A stretch of 64,000 bases of DNA. Origin: Eledone cirrhosa. Lineage: Eukaryota. Under the pieces are notes generated by a model that was not told the origin of the DNA, made no database searches, and saw only the letters and a list, made by a program, of their open reading frames with translations. Below, piece by piece: positions 1 through 13,037 of the stretch. The translations under genes and the position numbers were made by a program. Within the stretch, counting starts at the first letter, position 1. Each line of letters begins with the position of its first letter. The stretch spans positions 66,898,001-66,962,000 of the forward strand of contig OZ024746.1 in assembly GCA_964016885.1 (NCBI GenBank), written 5' to 3'.

Positions 1-1207
1 TATTCATACATAGACGCTTACAAATACAGATGATAATAGTATGGGGGAAAGGGGGGGTTTGGAGAAGGGGATCAAAGTAAATATATGTTTCAAGAAACAT
101 ATAATATTTTCCGTATCTTTATCCAATGTATGTTCTTACATATTTTCAGTGCTAGGAAATACGACAAACAAGAACTAAGGCAAAATCTATGCATCTCAAA
201 ATAAATAAGTATACCATTAATCATATGTTAACTAAACCAAAGATAGTCAACATATTGATTTCTAAGGTGTAAATTAGTTAGGTTTATAATATTTGAAGCA
301 GAATTTTGAAGTCAAACAGTAGTAGATTATTAATTACAGTATAACTAAATTAAAGTTAATAACGTTATGGTATCAATATTAGGAAATGAATTTAGTAATA
401 GGGAAAAAAAACCCAAATAAAAATAAAATAAAGTATTACATCGGTAGTAGAATATAAATTATATGTTAACTAAATTAAAAATTATATATTTATTTCAATA
501 GTATATGTTAATTAGGTATACAATACATAAAGCAGATACTGTATTTCATCAATAGCATAATATAATTATATGCAAATAGAAATCAAAATTAATACGCATA
601 CATATACATATACATACACATACACATATACATACATATACACACATATATATATATATATATATATACATATATACACATATATACATACATACAGATA
701 CACATACACACACACACATACACATACACATATACATATACATATCTTTTTCAAAAAATTGCATAGAATATATTAACTAGGTATATATCCAAAACACATC
801 CCATTCTATGATTACATGACATTCTGCAATTCGTCTGTATAAGGATACTAATTTTAAGCAAATTAAAATTAAAATTTTTAGGTTGATTAAAACTCAAACC
901 AAATAATAAATATATTTCTAAAATGTATATTAATTAGGTCTATAATACTAAAAATTATTTCTCTGTCATTGGATACACGATATTATTTTGTTATATTTTA
1001 TCTGTAAAAGAGTTATAATAAAAGGTTTAAATAAATTAAAATTAATCTATAAATTAAATTACTAAGTATATATTAGTAATATTTAAAGGTTTTTCACAAT
1101 TTATGATTACATAATATTTTATATTCTCATCTGTAATAAAATATTAATTAAATTAAATTTATAGGTTAACTAACATTTAAATTAAATTAATTTCTAAAAT
1201 AATGTTA

Positions 1208-3375
1208 TTAATTAGGTTTATAATATTTAAATGTTTTTTTTAGTTTATGATTACACGATATAATTAATTCCTGTCGTTTATTTAATAAGATATCCTTAGA
1301 CTTCATTATTTCAAATAGTTCTTGGGAACATAATCTACATTCATTTCTATTATTTTGATAAGGGGTGGCTCTTTTGAGCACACTCCAGGTCAAATCATAT
1401 TTTATATTCTTATTTTTATAACTATTGATTTTTTCTGCTAGAGATGTTGTATTAGCCAGTGCGGCATTTTTAAAACTATGCTTGTGGGTATTAAACCTTG
1501 TCTTAAAATTGTTAGAGGTAGCTCCTATATATGAGCAAATAGAATCTTTAGTTTTAACATTACATTTATAGACTATGTTGTTAACAAGACAATTCCCTTT
1601 TAATGGGCAGTTTGCTTTGTTTCTACAGTTACATCCTTTCGTTAATTCTGTATTTGAGGAGATATTATGGTTAATTTGATGTACTGGTGGTATACTTATG
1701 GTTTTCTTACATTTATATGCATTATATGCACTTATATTTTGTTTTATGTTATTTGTTGTAGAGTATGAGAATTTAACTGTAGACCTATTTAAGATTTGAT
1801 GGTATTTGTGGTTTGGCGGGAAGTTTTTCTCAAGGATATAAAAAATTTTTTTAGCAATATTATCCTTAACTTGTAAATTAAAAGGAGCATTATACCAAGT
1901 AACCCGTCTATTACGGTTTCTATGTTGTTTATTAATTTTATTATTTTTATAGGTTGTATCGTGATTTTTACTAGGAGGATTAATGTTAATGATCTCACCA
2001 CAACTATTTTTAGTTATATTTGTAGATTTAGGTGTTTTATCTTTTTTATTAGGAGTTTTATTATTAATATTTATTATAGTTGTATGATGAGTAGTTTTTT
2101 GAGGGTTACTATACTTTATATTAGAAGATTTAGTATTTTGGGGTATAGTGTGGGTGGCATTTAGGTGTGTACTTTTCATTTGGTGTTTGTTGGTAATATT
2201 ATGTTGTATGCTTTCAGTATTTTTAGTAGAAGGTATATACTCTAATCTATTTTTGTGGCCACTTCTATCTAGAGCTTCGTTATAGAAGGTCGCATTTTTA
2301 TCAAATACATCTTGGTTAGAAGAAAGGTTAGAAATTCTAAGTGATATATTATATGCAAGGTTTTTAAGGATAGATTTAGGGTGATTAGATTGTGAGTGTA
2401 TGTAATGTAAGTTTTGGTTAGGTTTATGGTAAGGTTGGTAGATACCCGTAGCTAAATCTAAAGTTATATCTAGGAAATTTACTACTTTACTTGTTTTTTC
2501 AAAAGTAATATTAAGATTATAATAGTCTTTAAGGAAAGTTCTAATATGTTTTTTGTTTTTTTCGATTTCTGAAAGGCTAAGGTTGTTAGAAAGAAGAAGA
2601 CAGTCATCACGATATAAACCACCTTTGAGGTGGGGAAAAGAGGCATTTATGTTGAAAAGGAGAAAGAGGCCCACAAGATCAGTAATTTGGGCGGAATCGC
2701 TTGAACCCATAGTAATATCAAAAAGATTACTGTATGTGTTTCTGGTCCAGTATTCATTCTGAAATTCAATAAGTGTTAGTCTAGCATGTGTAATAATGTT
2801 AATGTCACCAAAGTTAAGTTAGATCTATTTTTAGCAAATATCAATGCTTTGTTCAGGAGTATAGGTGATATAGAAGAATAGTAATTATCTATATCAAATT
2901 GTAGGAAAGAAGCAGAAGATTTACACCTAATATTTTTAAACCAGTTAATTACCTGGGAGGTGTTTTCCCAGAGTGGTAAAATAACGTGTTTTCTTATTTG
3001 TGGGATGACTCTATCTAAAATTTTTTTGCTAATTATTCCAATATCTGATTTGGAGGGACATATAAGTCTAATAGAAGGATTAGAGTTAAAGTTAGATTTG
3101 TGATCTTTCAGGTTGAAGTGTGGTCTTTTCAATGCCAAAGGTTCAGTTCTATCTTCAATGTTTAGTTTTTTTACTATGTTGTGTGTTTTGTTGTTGATGT
3201 TGGTGAGTGACACATTATTAGATTTTTTATAATTTTTTCTGAGTTCTTTATATATGAACTCGTTATAATGTTCAATATCCATATGATACAAGTTACCAGT
3301 TTTGTCCGAGTGGACATGGATTTTTTTAGACTTTTTTAGGTCCAATAGGGTAGAATCAAGGTCCTTTTGAAAGAC
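1208..3375 (-). mobile_element. Penelope-like retroelement (Naiad-type), 5'-truncated RT + GIY-YIG ORF with one frameshift near 2812
   Basis: Joined ORFs give DKTGNLY...[10 protein letters not shown]...FDITMGSSDSAQ...GLYRDDCL (RT), CNCRNKANCPLKGNCL linker, IVY...YIGAT...FKTRFNTH (GIY-YIG), CRLC and LLNKRQELIISCNH. The frame upstream of 2710 reads [13 protein letters not shown]...WTR, which places the frameshift near 2812. The ORF is cut by a (TA)n tract at 3376. Confidence 0.9.
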
Positions 3376-3447
3376 ATATATATATATATATAGATATAGA
3401 TATATATAGATATATATATATATATATATAGATATAGATATATATAG

Positions 3448-3485
<38 letters not shown>

Positions 3486-3563
3486 GTGTATATATGTATA
3501 TATATGTATGTACATATGTATATATATGTATGTACATATATATATATAGAGAGAGAGATATAT

Positions 3564-3651
3564 AACGAAAGAGGTGTGGTAAGGAACCAGATGGACCCTG
3601 ACGCACCAGAGTACTCAATACCTAGGGTAGTAGAGCGGATAAGAGGAAAAT
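3564..3651. repeat. Short dispersed element end within (TA)n, homologous to 28497-28585
   Basis: AACGAAAGAGGTGTGGTAAGGAACCAGATGGACC...GTACTCAATAC...GTAGTAGAG matches 28497-28570 with few changes. Confidence 0.7.
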
Positions 3652-3667
3652 AAATATATATATATAT

Positions 3668-3714
<47 letters not shown>

Positions 3715-3765
3715 TATACATACAGATACATTCATCATATAAACACTTATGTCCATTACATTAAA

Positions 3766-3856
<91 letters not shown>

Positions 3857-4360
3857 GCAAGTTTGAAGAACTGTTAGATAAAATATATCCTATTTTTCTC
3901 CACAATAGTCTATAGAAATCAACTAGATAAATAATCATTTAAACGGAGCTAAGTTTAAAATGTAACTTCGAAGAAATAACAAATAAATGATACAGACTTC
4001 CCCCGCGAGGAACAGTCAGATAAAATTTACCCAGTCTTTCTTCTTAACCCGTAGAAATTAACTAGACAAATAACACCGTGTTACATATTCTTTGTTCCAC
4101 GGTTCTAAGTGTCATTTTTGGTTTGTTATATCCCATTATTATAAAAAAAAGCACTATTATTTAATCAGAATTTTGGGTTTGTGGTCAGTAGTTTGATATT
4201 TCGAAATATTTATTTATATTTTTCAAGAAAAAACACATTTTTTTAAAATCTATCAGTTCATATAATTAAATCAACAGAGTATATATTTATTTCATTACAC
4301 AAGCTTATCAAAAGCAAACAAGTAAAAACAAATAACATTTATGAAACCTACTTATACACG

Positions 4361-4601
4361 TCAGAAATGACTGGATTTCCTGGATTTGCGGTTGTAGTCA
4401 AGGTCGCATTCACGCACTAGCCCCCAGATATAGTCCCCCATCATTTTGTCATTGTAGTGGCCCTGGTACCTCCGTTCTATCTCTTTCACATCTTGGTGGA
4501 ATCGTTCGCCTTGTTCTTCTGAGTAGGCGCCCATATTGTCCTTGAATTTTGCCAGGTGAGCGTCCAGCATATGGAGTTTAAGAGACGTCATGCATCCTAT
4601 A
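4361..4601 (-). pseudogene. C-terminal fragment of a DNA-transposon transposase, probably CMC/Chapaev3-type
   Basis: SLKLHMLDAHLAKFKDNMGAYSEEQGERFHQDVKEIERRYQG...MMGDYIWGL matches a widespread invertebrate transposase motif (HxLxxHLxxFxxNxGxxSxExGERFHQD). The superfamily assignment is from memory. Confidence 0.6.
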
Positions 4602-4872
4602 ATCAATTAAACGGAGCTAAGTCTAAAATGTAAGTTTGAAGAAAATATGCATATAAACATTACCAAAATTCGTCTAGTCCCGACTATCGATAGTTTCACT
4701 CGTACTTTGTGGACATGTCCAATCCTGTTATTATCTATGAGGTTTAGAGCTTATCAAGAGACTCCCTCAAGCTTGAACTAAAATTTCTATAGTGATCGCC
4801 GCCATAAATGAATTCAAAATGGGTAAGAATCATCACGTGGCCAGCGGTTATCTATATATATATATATATATA

Positions 4873-5141
4873 TGCAAAAGTTCTATTTAAAATTGTTGGG
4901 ATACAACAAGTAAATATTTTATAACTGATATAAAGCACTCGACAAGCTGATATAAAGCATTCCAGACAGCTTCCAAAAATAATGGTTGCATTTAATAGGG
5001 TACGTCAAAATTATTTATAAAACAGTCTATATATTTTATTTTGTCTGATGAAGGCATACCATATTTTAATTTGGTATCCCTGAAATATGTATAATGAAAT
5101 AATTATGGTTTTATAAATATAGTTTCCATTTATTAATATCG
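4873..5141 (+). mobile_element. Short HHR-bearing PLE pLTR-like element (family A), flanked by (TA)n
   Basis: Reverse-strand homologs at about 21895-22075 and 33341-33530. All end in ...TTTATAAATATAGTTTCCATTT followed by (TA)n. Confidence 0.7.
5036..5102 (+). ncRNA. Type I minimal hammerhead ribozyme
   Basis: Stem I TTATTTTGT/ATGAAATAA; CTGATGA at 5045; stem II AGGcATACCA/TGGTATcCCT; GAAA at 5082; short stem III ATATGTAT; AUA cleavage triplet at 5091-5093. Confidence 0.75.
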
Positions 5142-5173
<32 letters not shown>

Positions 5174-5197
5174 GTGTAATATTACTCATATATATTA

Positions 5198-5235
<38 letters not shown>

Positions 5236-6370
5236 AGAAACGACGAAGATTCGTTTACATGTTTTTATGTTTCTATTGTGTAGCATATACACTATATATA
5301 GGATAGTGACGGATGGATTGAAAGACACAGAGATGGATTACATTATTTTAATTAATATCTTGGTTAATTGTTTCCGATTGCTTCGGTTCCTCCTTTATTT
5401 TATTAATAGGAAACTGAATTTTTTTTTAAACATTAATTAACACTGGTGTTCCGATCCTCAGTTTTAATTACACCTAAAATAAACTAAATATAATTTAAAT
5501 TAATCGATTATTGACATTCTGCTTTGGAGTTGTTGATAACAATCGCAGAAAAATTGTATTAATATTAGGTTTTTCAAGAATTAGATTACGCTTGATGAAG
5601 CGTTACACCTGCATGTTAAACATAAGACTGCGAGCCAATAGAAATACTTCTACGCGACTCTACATGTTTCCTTTTAATAACATTTGATAGTTTTGTCGTA
5701 CAGTAGATAAGCACGTAGTTGTGTGTTTTGTCCAAAGAACTGTTACTATATATCCGTGTTAACCCATAACCACGAGATTGAAAGAAGGAGATTGCGTGGA
5801 ATCCACTGAATATATATATATAATTTTACGACACACAGATATATAGGGAAATATCTACAAAGTGTGGATTTGAAAAGCGAGATCGTTCACGTTTTAGTGT
5901 TTGTATGCTGTAGCAGACGTATTGTTTTAGAATGAAATATATAGATATATTTATTGAGGTATGGAGTAGATTAGTATGGAAGATGTATTCTAATGTATGA
6001 GTGTGAAAAGAGAAAGAGAAAAAAATATAAAAATATAAATATAAAAATATAAAAATATAAATCAAATTAGGGTGGTTTAATAGCAATCGAATTTGTTGAG
6101 GTGGGTTTTGAGATGGGGGTGACTTCAAATTGATCGAGAAGACCAACTTGAAATATTCTAAATGTTTCACTAAGAGAGATGATCTCCTGTAACTATTGGT
6201 GTACGGGGTGGATCTTTCAATTATCTTTCAAGTAATCTTATGTGGGGCTTCTTTTTCCTTTCATTGCCAGATTCTTTTTCCGTGACTGTACAGGTTCTCA
6301 TATCAGGATTCCTGAAGGAGTGACGATCCGTTTAAGAACGTGTTGGTTAAAACGATAGTATATTTCGCTA

Positions 6371-6551
6371 GTGGATTGGCAGTATCGGTAGAGGGTCGGA
6401 CGCCATGCTTTCAAGCATAGTTACGTCCCTTTACGATCTGAGTTCAAATCCCGCCGAGGTTGACTTTGCCTTTCATCCTTACGGGGTCGATAAAATAAAG
6501 TACCAGTAATGCACTGGGTAATTGCTGGCCTTGTGCCTAAAGTAGAAACAA
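6371..6551 (+). mobile_element. tRNA-derived SINE, short-tail subfamily
   Basis: A-box-like TGGCAGTATCGG, B-box GTTCAAATCC, conserved core GCCTTTCATCCTTACGGGGTCGATAAAATAAAGTACCAG, 3' end GGCCTTGTGCCTAAAGTAGAAACAA. About 20 copies occur in the window. Confidence 0.9.
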
Positions 6552-6950
6552 GTATATTTCGCTAAATTCAGATTTCTCTGTGTTGTTGTGTGCAATGTCT
6601 GTCTCATACACAACGGATTTGATATTATCTTTGTTTTGGAGAGGGCAGTTCACTTTAATTCTACGGTATATATTTGGCAATAATTTTTCATCTCATAGAC
6701 TGCCCACATGAATAGGATATTTTGAGGGAATTGCAATTGAATGTTTGACTCTATCGATGTTGTAGTGAGAAATGTAGATCTATTGAATCTAAAAACATCT
6801 TACCTACATTAGTTATTGCGCCTTGAAACCTTGGGCACCACATTTCTTCGTTCCCTGTATGAATATAAATAAATAATATAATATTTCTGCTCTTTTTCCG
6901 ATTGAGCACTATTTAACTTTTTCTTTTTTTACACCTACGGATATTGCTCC

Positions 6951-7121
<171 letters not shown>

Positions 7122-7483
7122 TATATTGATACCACAACAGAAGTCCGACGAGCTTTTGATACCAGAGTCGGGCTAGATCGATTCAGATCGAAACGCGCGT
7201 CACTAGTCAATAGACGTAATGAAGGCATAAACATTCGTCTTTATTATCATTATTATTATTATTATTATTGAATGCCATGGTTGACGGAGGCTCGGCTCTG
7301 TAAGGTATAGTAATTTTTAACCGTTAAAACAATTGTAAATTGTTTAAAACTTGAACCAAATTGTTGATAAAGACACCCTCCTCCTCGTGAGAGGGGTCTT
7401 TCTGTCCGTTATTTGGCCCTTCGGGGTTAAATAACCAGTTATTGGGGTTTTGTACCCAATATTCATTTTAAACAAAAAACAAC

Positions 7484-9584
7484 ATGGCTACGAAAAAGAA
7501 ATTTCATACGTCACTCCCACTCACTCCGTCTTCTTCTTCCTCAATCATCACTACAGCAGAGAGAAGATTGTCTCTCTCCCTCCCTTCTTTAAATGTGTCT
7601 CTCTCCCTCCCTTCTCTTTCGCAAGTGACGAAAGAAAAGAAAAGTCTCGTGCAAAGCGTGCAAGATTTCTCCACAACGACGACGACAGCGACGAAACAGG
7701 TGTGCGGGAAATACGAAAACCCAGTTCATTCGTCTGACGTCAGGAATAATAGCAGTAGCAGCCGTAATAACAACAGCAACAGTGACAATGAAAACAACAG
7801 TAGCAGCCGCAGCAGCATCACCAGCAGCATAAACAACAACAGCATTAGCAGCAGCAACACCAACAACAACCACAGCAACAGCGGCGGAGGCAGTAGTCGT
7901 AGTACCTGCAGCAACAACAAAAGTACCAGCAGCTCTGACGACAACAACAACAGCAGCAGCAGAGAAAAACCAATCTCATTTGCAGGTATTGCGAAAAACT
8001 TGGAAACAATCCTCATAACAAATGAGGAATTAGAGGAAGCGAAGAAGATGGTGACAAAGAATGGACACCGAGCAATCTGCAAGGCAAACATTTTTCGAAA
8101 CCCAAGAGCACTGTACGGTCACGTACCGTACAGTAAGTACAAAATCCCGTAGGGTGGAAAGAGCCACAGAGGCCCAAATACAAAAAGCCTTGGGGTCTGT
8201 GTGGCAGCGGAAAACGCACATCACCCGAAGCAAAAAATATGCCACCGTAGACGTACTTTTTGCCACACCCCAGGAGGCAAAGGCCCAATCAGTAGTGACC
8301 CTAAGGAGCGAGGAAATGGTGTTGGTGCCCTCCTACTGCGGGCAAAAAATTGTGAGGGTCAAACTGACCCACGTCCCCCCCCCCCCGGAATGGCCCCTTC
8401 TTGGCTGGCCGCGTCTGTCCTCGTCGGAATCGAGGACAAAGCAACTGTACTGCAAGTACAGAAAAAAGTAAGAGAAGATTGGGTAGGCACCTCCATTGAG
8501 ATGCTAATCCAAACCAACCAGGAGTGCATCGAAGCTATCCCGGATGTGATAGACTTCGATAACGGCACTCAACTGCCCATAAGTGTTGAGGGCAAACGCC
8601 CGAAATGCTTTCGCTGTGGATCGAAGACTCACCTCAGGGCCTTCTGCAACGAGAAGACCCTGAGAAAGGAGAAAACCCCCCTCCTTCCGAATCCGGCTCC
8701 ACGGCTACCAGCAACAGGACAAGCGGCAACCAGGAACGATAGGTCCGTGGCACCCATACCCACTCCACGGAAATCAAAAACAGCAGCAGCAGTGGAAATA
8801 TTAACAACAACAACAGTAATACCAAATGCAGCTGCAACAGAGACTCCAGTGCAAACATCACCAACAACAACAAGTGAAAGAGTGGAGCTGGTACCCCTCC
8901 CCGACCTCACAGAATCAGACATGGAGTGTGAGGTGGGAGAGGGATGGCAAAAGGTCGTAAGAAGGCACAAACGCAGAAGCAGCGCATCGTCGCCTTTGAA
9001 AAGGGAGGAAAGAAATGAGAAAAGGGTAAAGTCTACTGCAAAGAGACCCACAGCAGCAACACCAGCAACACCATCACCACCCACACTAGCACCACCATCA
9101 CCACCGGCGACAACCCCACCGCCAACAACACCTTCAACACCACCACCACAAGCACCAACATCGCAAACACAACAACAAAACACACACACCCAGCAACAAC
9201 GACAAGAAAATAGCAGAACCACACCACACCCCCAGAAAAACAAATGCACGGCAATAAATACACACAACAAGAAACTAATGACTTACATAATTGAACACAG
9301 ACATTTCACAACAGGACTACATAATACCAGCACCAATCAAAACGCCAACTAACATAAGACTGCTAAAAATAGCACAGAAACAATACACAAACATTAAAAC
9401 GAAATTCCCCAACGCAGTTGGTGATTTCAGGGACCTAGGAGGAACCATCAATCGAAGAGTATATTCAGACATTCTCTTAGAAGAGCCGACGACCAGCCGA
9501 AGGGACGATTCAACGGTCCCTTCACCAGACGATCAAGTGAAAAGGGATGTAAAAACCATCCCTCCTCTACCAAAAGTACGGTAA
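7484..9584 (+). pseudogene. LINE ORF1 (gag-like, one CX2CX4HX4C zinc knuckle), frameshifted
   Basis: Pieces 7484-8152, 8061-8471, 8201-9352 and 9291-9584. Contains VEGKRPKCFRCGSKTHLRAFC and GWQKVVRR. Shifts lie near 8070-8110, in the C12 run at 8375-8386, and probably near 9300. Confidence 0.8.
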
Positions 9585-9619
9585 GTGGTCTTTCCCATCT
9601 TTTCCACTCTATTTTAAAC

Positions 9620-12600
9620 ATGACCTTACTCAGAATAGGCAGCATAAATGCGCGTGGCTTGGGGTCGTCATGGAAGCAGGGTCACCTGGTCAACGACCTC
9701 AGGTCACTAAACATAGATGTAGTGGCCATCAGCGAGACCAGAATCTCCGAAGCACGGGCCTTCGCACCGATCTTCGGCGGCTACGATGTGTACGCATCTC
9801 CCAGCCGTCCTGGATCCGGTGGAGGAGTTGCTGTGCTTTTTCGGAGAGGTTTGGATCTCGCCATACGGGCCATCTTCCTGGACCCAGAGGGTAAGCTGGT
9901 GGTGCTGGACGTGACCAGCGGAGACGGGCAAGCTTTCAGGCTAGTGGCCGTCTATGCCCCGACAGGAGCAGGGCGGCCTGATTTCTTCCGGCGTCTGGAG
10001 ACCTTTCTTGGAACGTCCCGCTCTTTAGTGTTAGTGGGCGACTGGAACGGGATCTTAGATGCACGCTGGGACTGTGTGGGATTAGCGGATAGGGGTGGAG
10101 GGTGCAAGAGCCTCACCAACCTGCTCAGGCGTTTTGAACTGTCTGACAGGTACCGATTGGATTTCCCGAATGTGCCAATGTGGACTTGGACAAACCGCAT
10201 AGGGTCATCCAGATCATATCTAGATAGAGTATTTTGTAGGGAAATAGATAGGTCTAGCATAAGCTGTCCACAATTCAAGATAGTCAGCTACACGGACCAC
10301 AAACTGGTGATCTGTGTGCTTGACTTAGATAGGCTTCATAACGAGGACCCGGCTACTGGAAGCTAAACGCGTCCTTACCAACGCGCAAGGCCTACAGAGA
10401 CCGAATAAGCGAACTAGTTAAGCGGGCGTTGACGGGGGCCATCGTCAACAACAAGTGGTGGTTTGCTCTGAAAAGAGCGATTAGAATAGAATCGATTAGG
10501 TTTAGTAAGGCTTTAGCAATAGAGAAAAATAGAGCAGAGGGAGAACTAGTTAAAAATTTAGACGAGGCGCTTAGCAAAGGCATTGCGACCGACGTGCTTG
10601 CGGCGAAATTGGCCCTTGACCAATTCTTCAATGCAAAGCACGAAGGCTGCGTTGTCAGAGCTAGGGTGCGTGCTCTCAGACACGAGGGGACGAAAGCCGT
10701 TCAATGGGCCCGAGTGGCGGAGGCGCGTCGTGGCAACAAAGCCACGATCCGGTCTTTGGTGGACCACGACGGGCGCATGCTACTCGATCCCGGGCAAATG
10801 TGTGAAGCTTTTCAGCGACACTTCGCTCAGCTGTTCGGGGGCAGCGGGGGGCCGGGTAGAGGGATGGACTTTAGTGTCTACCTCGACGGACTGCCGCGGC
10901 TCTCGGCCACTGAGGCGAAGTGTTGCGAAAAGCCGATAACAGCCGCTGAAGTAAGGGAGGCAATGACTGGCTGCACAAGGGGTAAATCGCCTGGTTTGGA
11001 TGGTCTGCCCTATGAACTTTACGTACAGATGCCAGACTTGTTCGGAGGCCTCTTGGCGGACGTCTACTGCAACTGGCAACAGAACGGGAGAATTCCCAGT
11101 TCTGTGAGCCGAGGAGCGGTGGCACTGCTGAGAAAGGATCCGAACAAGGGGGATAACATAGACAATTTCCGGCCCATAACTCTGCTAAACACAGAGTTTA
11201 AGATTTTGGCCAAGGTGCTAGCAAAGAGGTTGGCGCTTGTCGTTGGTGGTCTGGTGGGAGAGGCGCAGACATGCGCCATTCCCGACAGATCCATCCACGA
11301 CAACCTCCACCTCATGCGATACATCGTAGAGAGGGTAGCTAGGGAACCTGGCACGGGTGGGTCCTTGATCAATTTAGATCAGTCGAAAGCTTTCGATAGG
11401 GTCGACCATCGTTACCTAGCGGCAGTCCTGAGGGCGGCTGGCTTTGGGCCCGTCTTCAGAGGCTGGATCGCTGCCATGCACAGCGACATCTGCTCTGTGG
11501 TGAGAGTGAACGGTCACCTGTCGGAACCGTTCAACATCATGCGCTCGGTCCGCCAAGGATGTCCCCTCTCGTCCCTCTTGTACGTATTGACTCTCGAGCC
11601 ATTACTGCACAAACTGGAGACGTTGAGGGGAGTCCCGCGCGAACTAGGATGCGGAAGATCAGTGTCAGCATATGCGGACGATGTCACCGTAGTGGTGTCG
11701 AGCGCCAAACACATCGAGGCGATCGGCACTACACTAAGAGAATACGAAGCGGTGACAGGAGCAATGATCAACCAGGAAAAGTCAGTGGGCCTGCAGCTCG
11801 GCACCTGGAGAGGCAGGTCCATGCCGTCCAACAGCGTCGTCGGACGCTGGACGGACGGACCGGTTAAATTGCTAGGGGTCTGGTTCGGTCCGGACCTCCA
11901 GACGGACAAAAACTGGGACGAGGTGACGAGCAGGGTGGCTTCTCTCACCCAGAAATGGGCGGAGAGGAAGCTATCCCTGAAAGGTCGAGCGGAGGTGGCT
12001 AACGCGTACATCGCGTCCGTCATCTGCTACCATCTGACCGTCGTACCTTGTCCTAAGCCTCGCCTGACTGCGCTGGAGCGTTTGCTCTTTCGCTTTTTGT
12101 GGAAGGGACGCGCTCCGATGGTCAGGCGGTCCATCTGTTGTCAACACCCGCTACGTGGAGGGCTGGGCATGCCGTGGCTGATGATGCGCAGGCACGCGCT
12201 CAGGCTACGACATCTCCACCTCTTCCTCGACGGTGATCAGGTGTGGTCGCCGTTTGCTAGGCGCGTGTTTCCCCAGCTCGTTTCCTTGACGGAGCTGCAG
12301 TCCTGGGTCAAGCGAAGACCGAGAGGGAGCGCCTGGAGACTGGAATGTCTTCAGGCGCTCACAGCCCTCGACCAATCGGGCAATGTGATCGGTGGAAACT
12401 CCACCTCGGCGTTCTATAGAGGATTAGTGGAGGGGAAGAGCGATGACGTACTTGGGAAACTCTAGGCGTCGACGAAAATCAACTAGCCAATCTCTTCGGA
12501 AGAACTTTCGGGCCAGGGCCTATGGACAACTTCCAGAAATCTCTGGCCTGGCAGTGCTACCGGGGAGCCTTGCCAGTTCGGGATAAACTCTACAGGCATG

Positions 12601-13037
12601 GAGGTGCCGTCAGCCGGGCATGTCCGAGATGCGCGCAGGGCGACGAAACCGTCCTGCACGCACTCGTCCAGTGTCCGAAAATTGCTGACTTGTGGGTTTA
12701 TGTCGAACACCTGCTGTCGCGTTTAGGACGGATCCGGCATTCATCTGAGTCCATCGTGAGGATTGCCCCGCCCTCCTCCTTTAGCCGGGAAGGGCAGGCA
12801 GTTTTTATCTGCCTGGTGGCCATGGTGAAAGAGATAGTATGGTGGACACGTTTGAAAGGGCTGAAGACGAGCACTTACCTCTTCGGTGATGCTCTGATTG
12901 ATTTTTTCAAATTTCATTTGAAAAGGAAAATCAGAGTAGAGAGGGAAGTGCTCTCTTCCCAGCATTTTGTTGAAAGATGGGTGAGAGAAGCAAGAATGGC
13001 CCGAGTGAATGGGCCTACTCTGAGTATATATCTGTAA
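9620..13037 (+). pseudogene. LINE ORF2: APE endonuclease + reverse transcriptase + C-terminal zinc finger, with two 1-nt deletions
   Basis: SINARGL, ISET, VGDWN, LDRVF, TDH (APE); KSPGLDG, FRPITLLN, DQSKAFDRV, VRQGCPLS, YADD (RT); CPRC...ETVLHALVQC. Shifts at about 10340 and 12455 are corrected by comparison with copy 2. Confidence 0.93.

Noticed and set aside
76-153. Possible HHR in the 3' pLTR of the first Naiad (minus strand)
   Set aside because: The core reads CTGAAAA with extra bases before stem II, which is too degenerate to call.
1208-3375. Selenoprotein-type Naiad (in-frame UGA at conserved Cys)
   Set aside because: All conserved Cys are normal codons in both Naiads; the break is a frameshift, not a UGA.
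6804-6854. Candidate 51-nt minus-strand exon (CAG...GTAAG; NEEMWCPRFQGAITNV)
   Set aside because: The splice signals are plausible, but there is no recognisable homology and no compatible neighbouring exons.
7370-7402. HDV-like ribozyme in the LINE 5'UTR (CCTCCTCGTG)
   Set aside because: No P1/P1.1/P2 pairing could be built; it is a simple hairpin only.
8629-12023. Long antisense and alternate-frame ORFs over the LINE
   Set aside because: They are shadows of GC-rich or low-complexity coding sequence.
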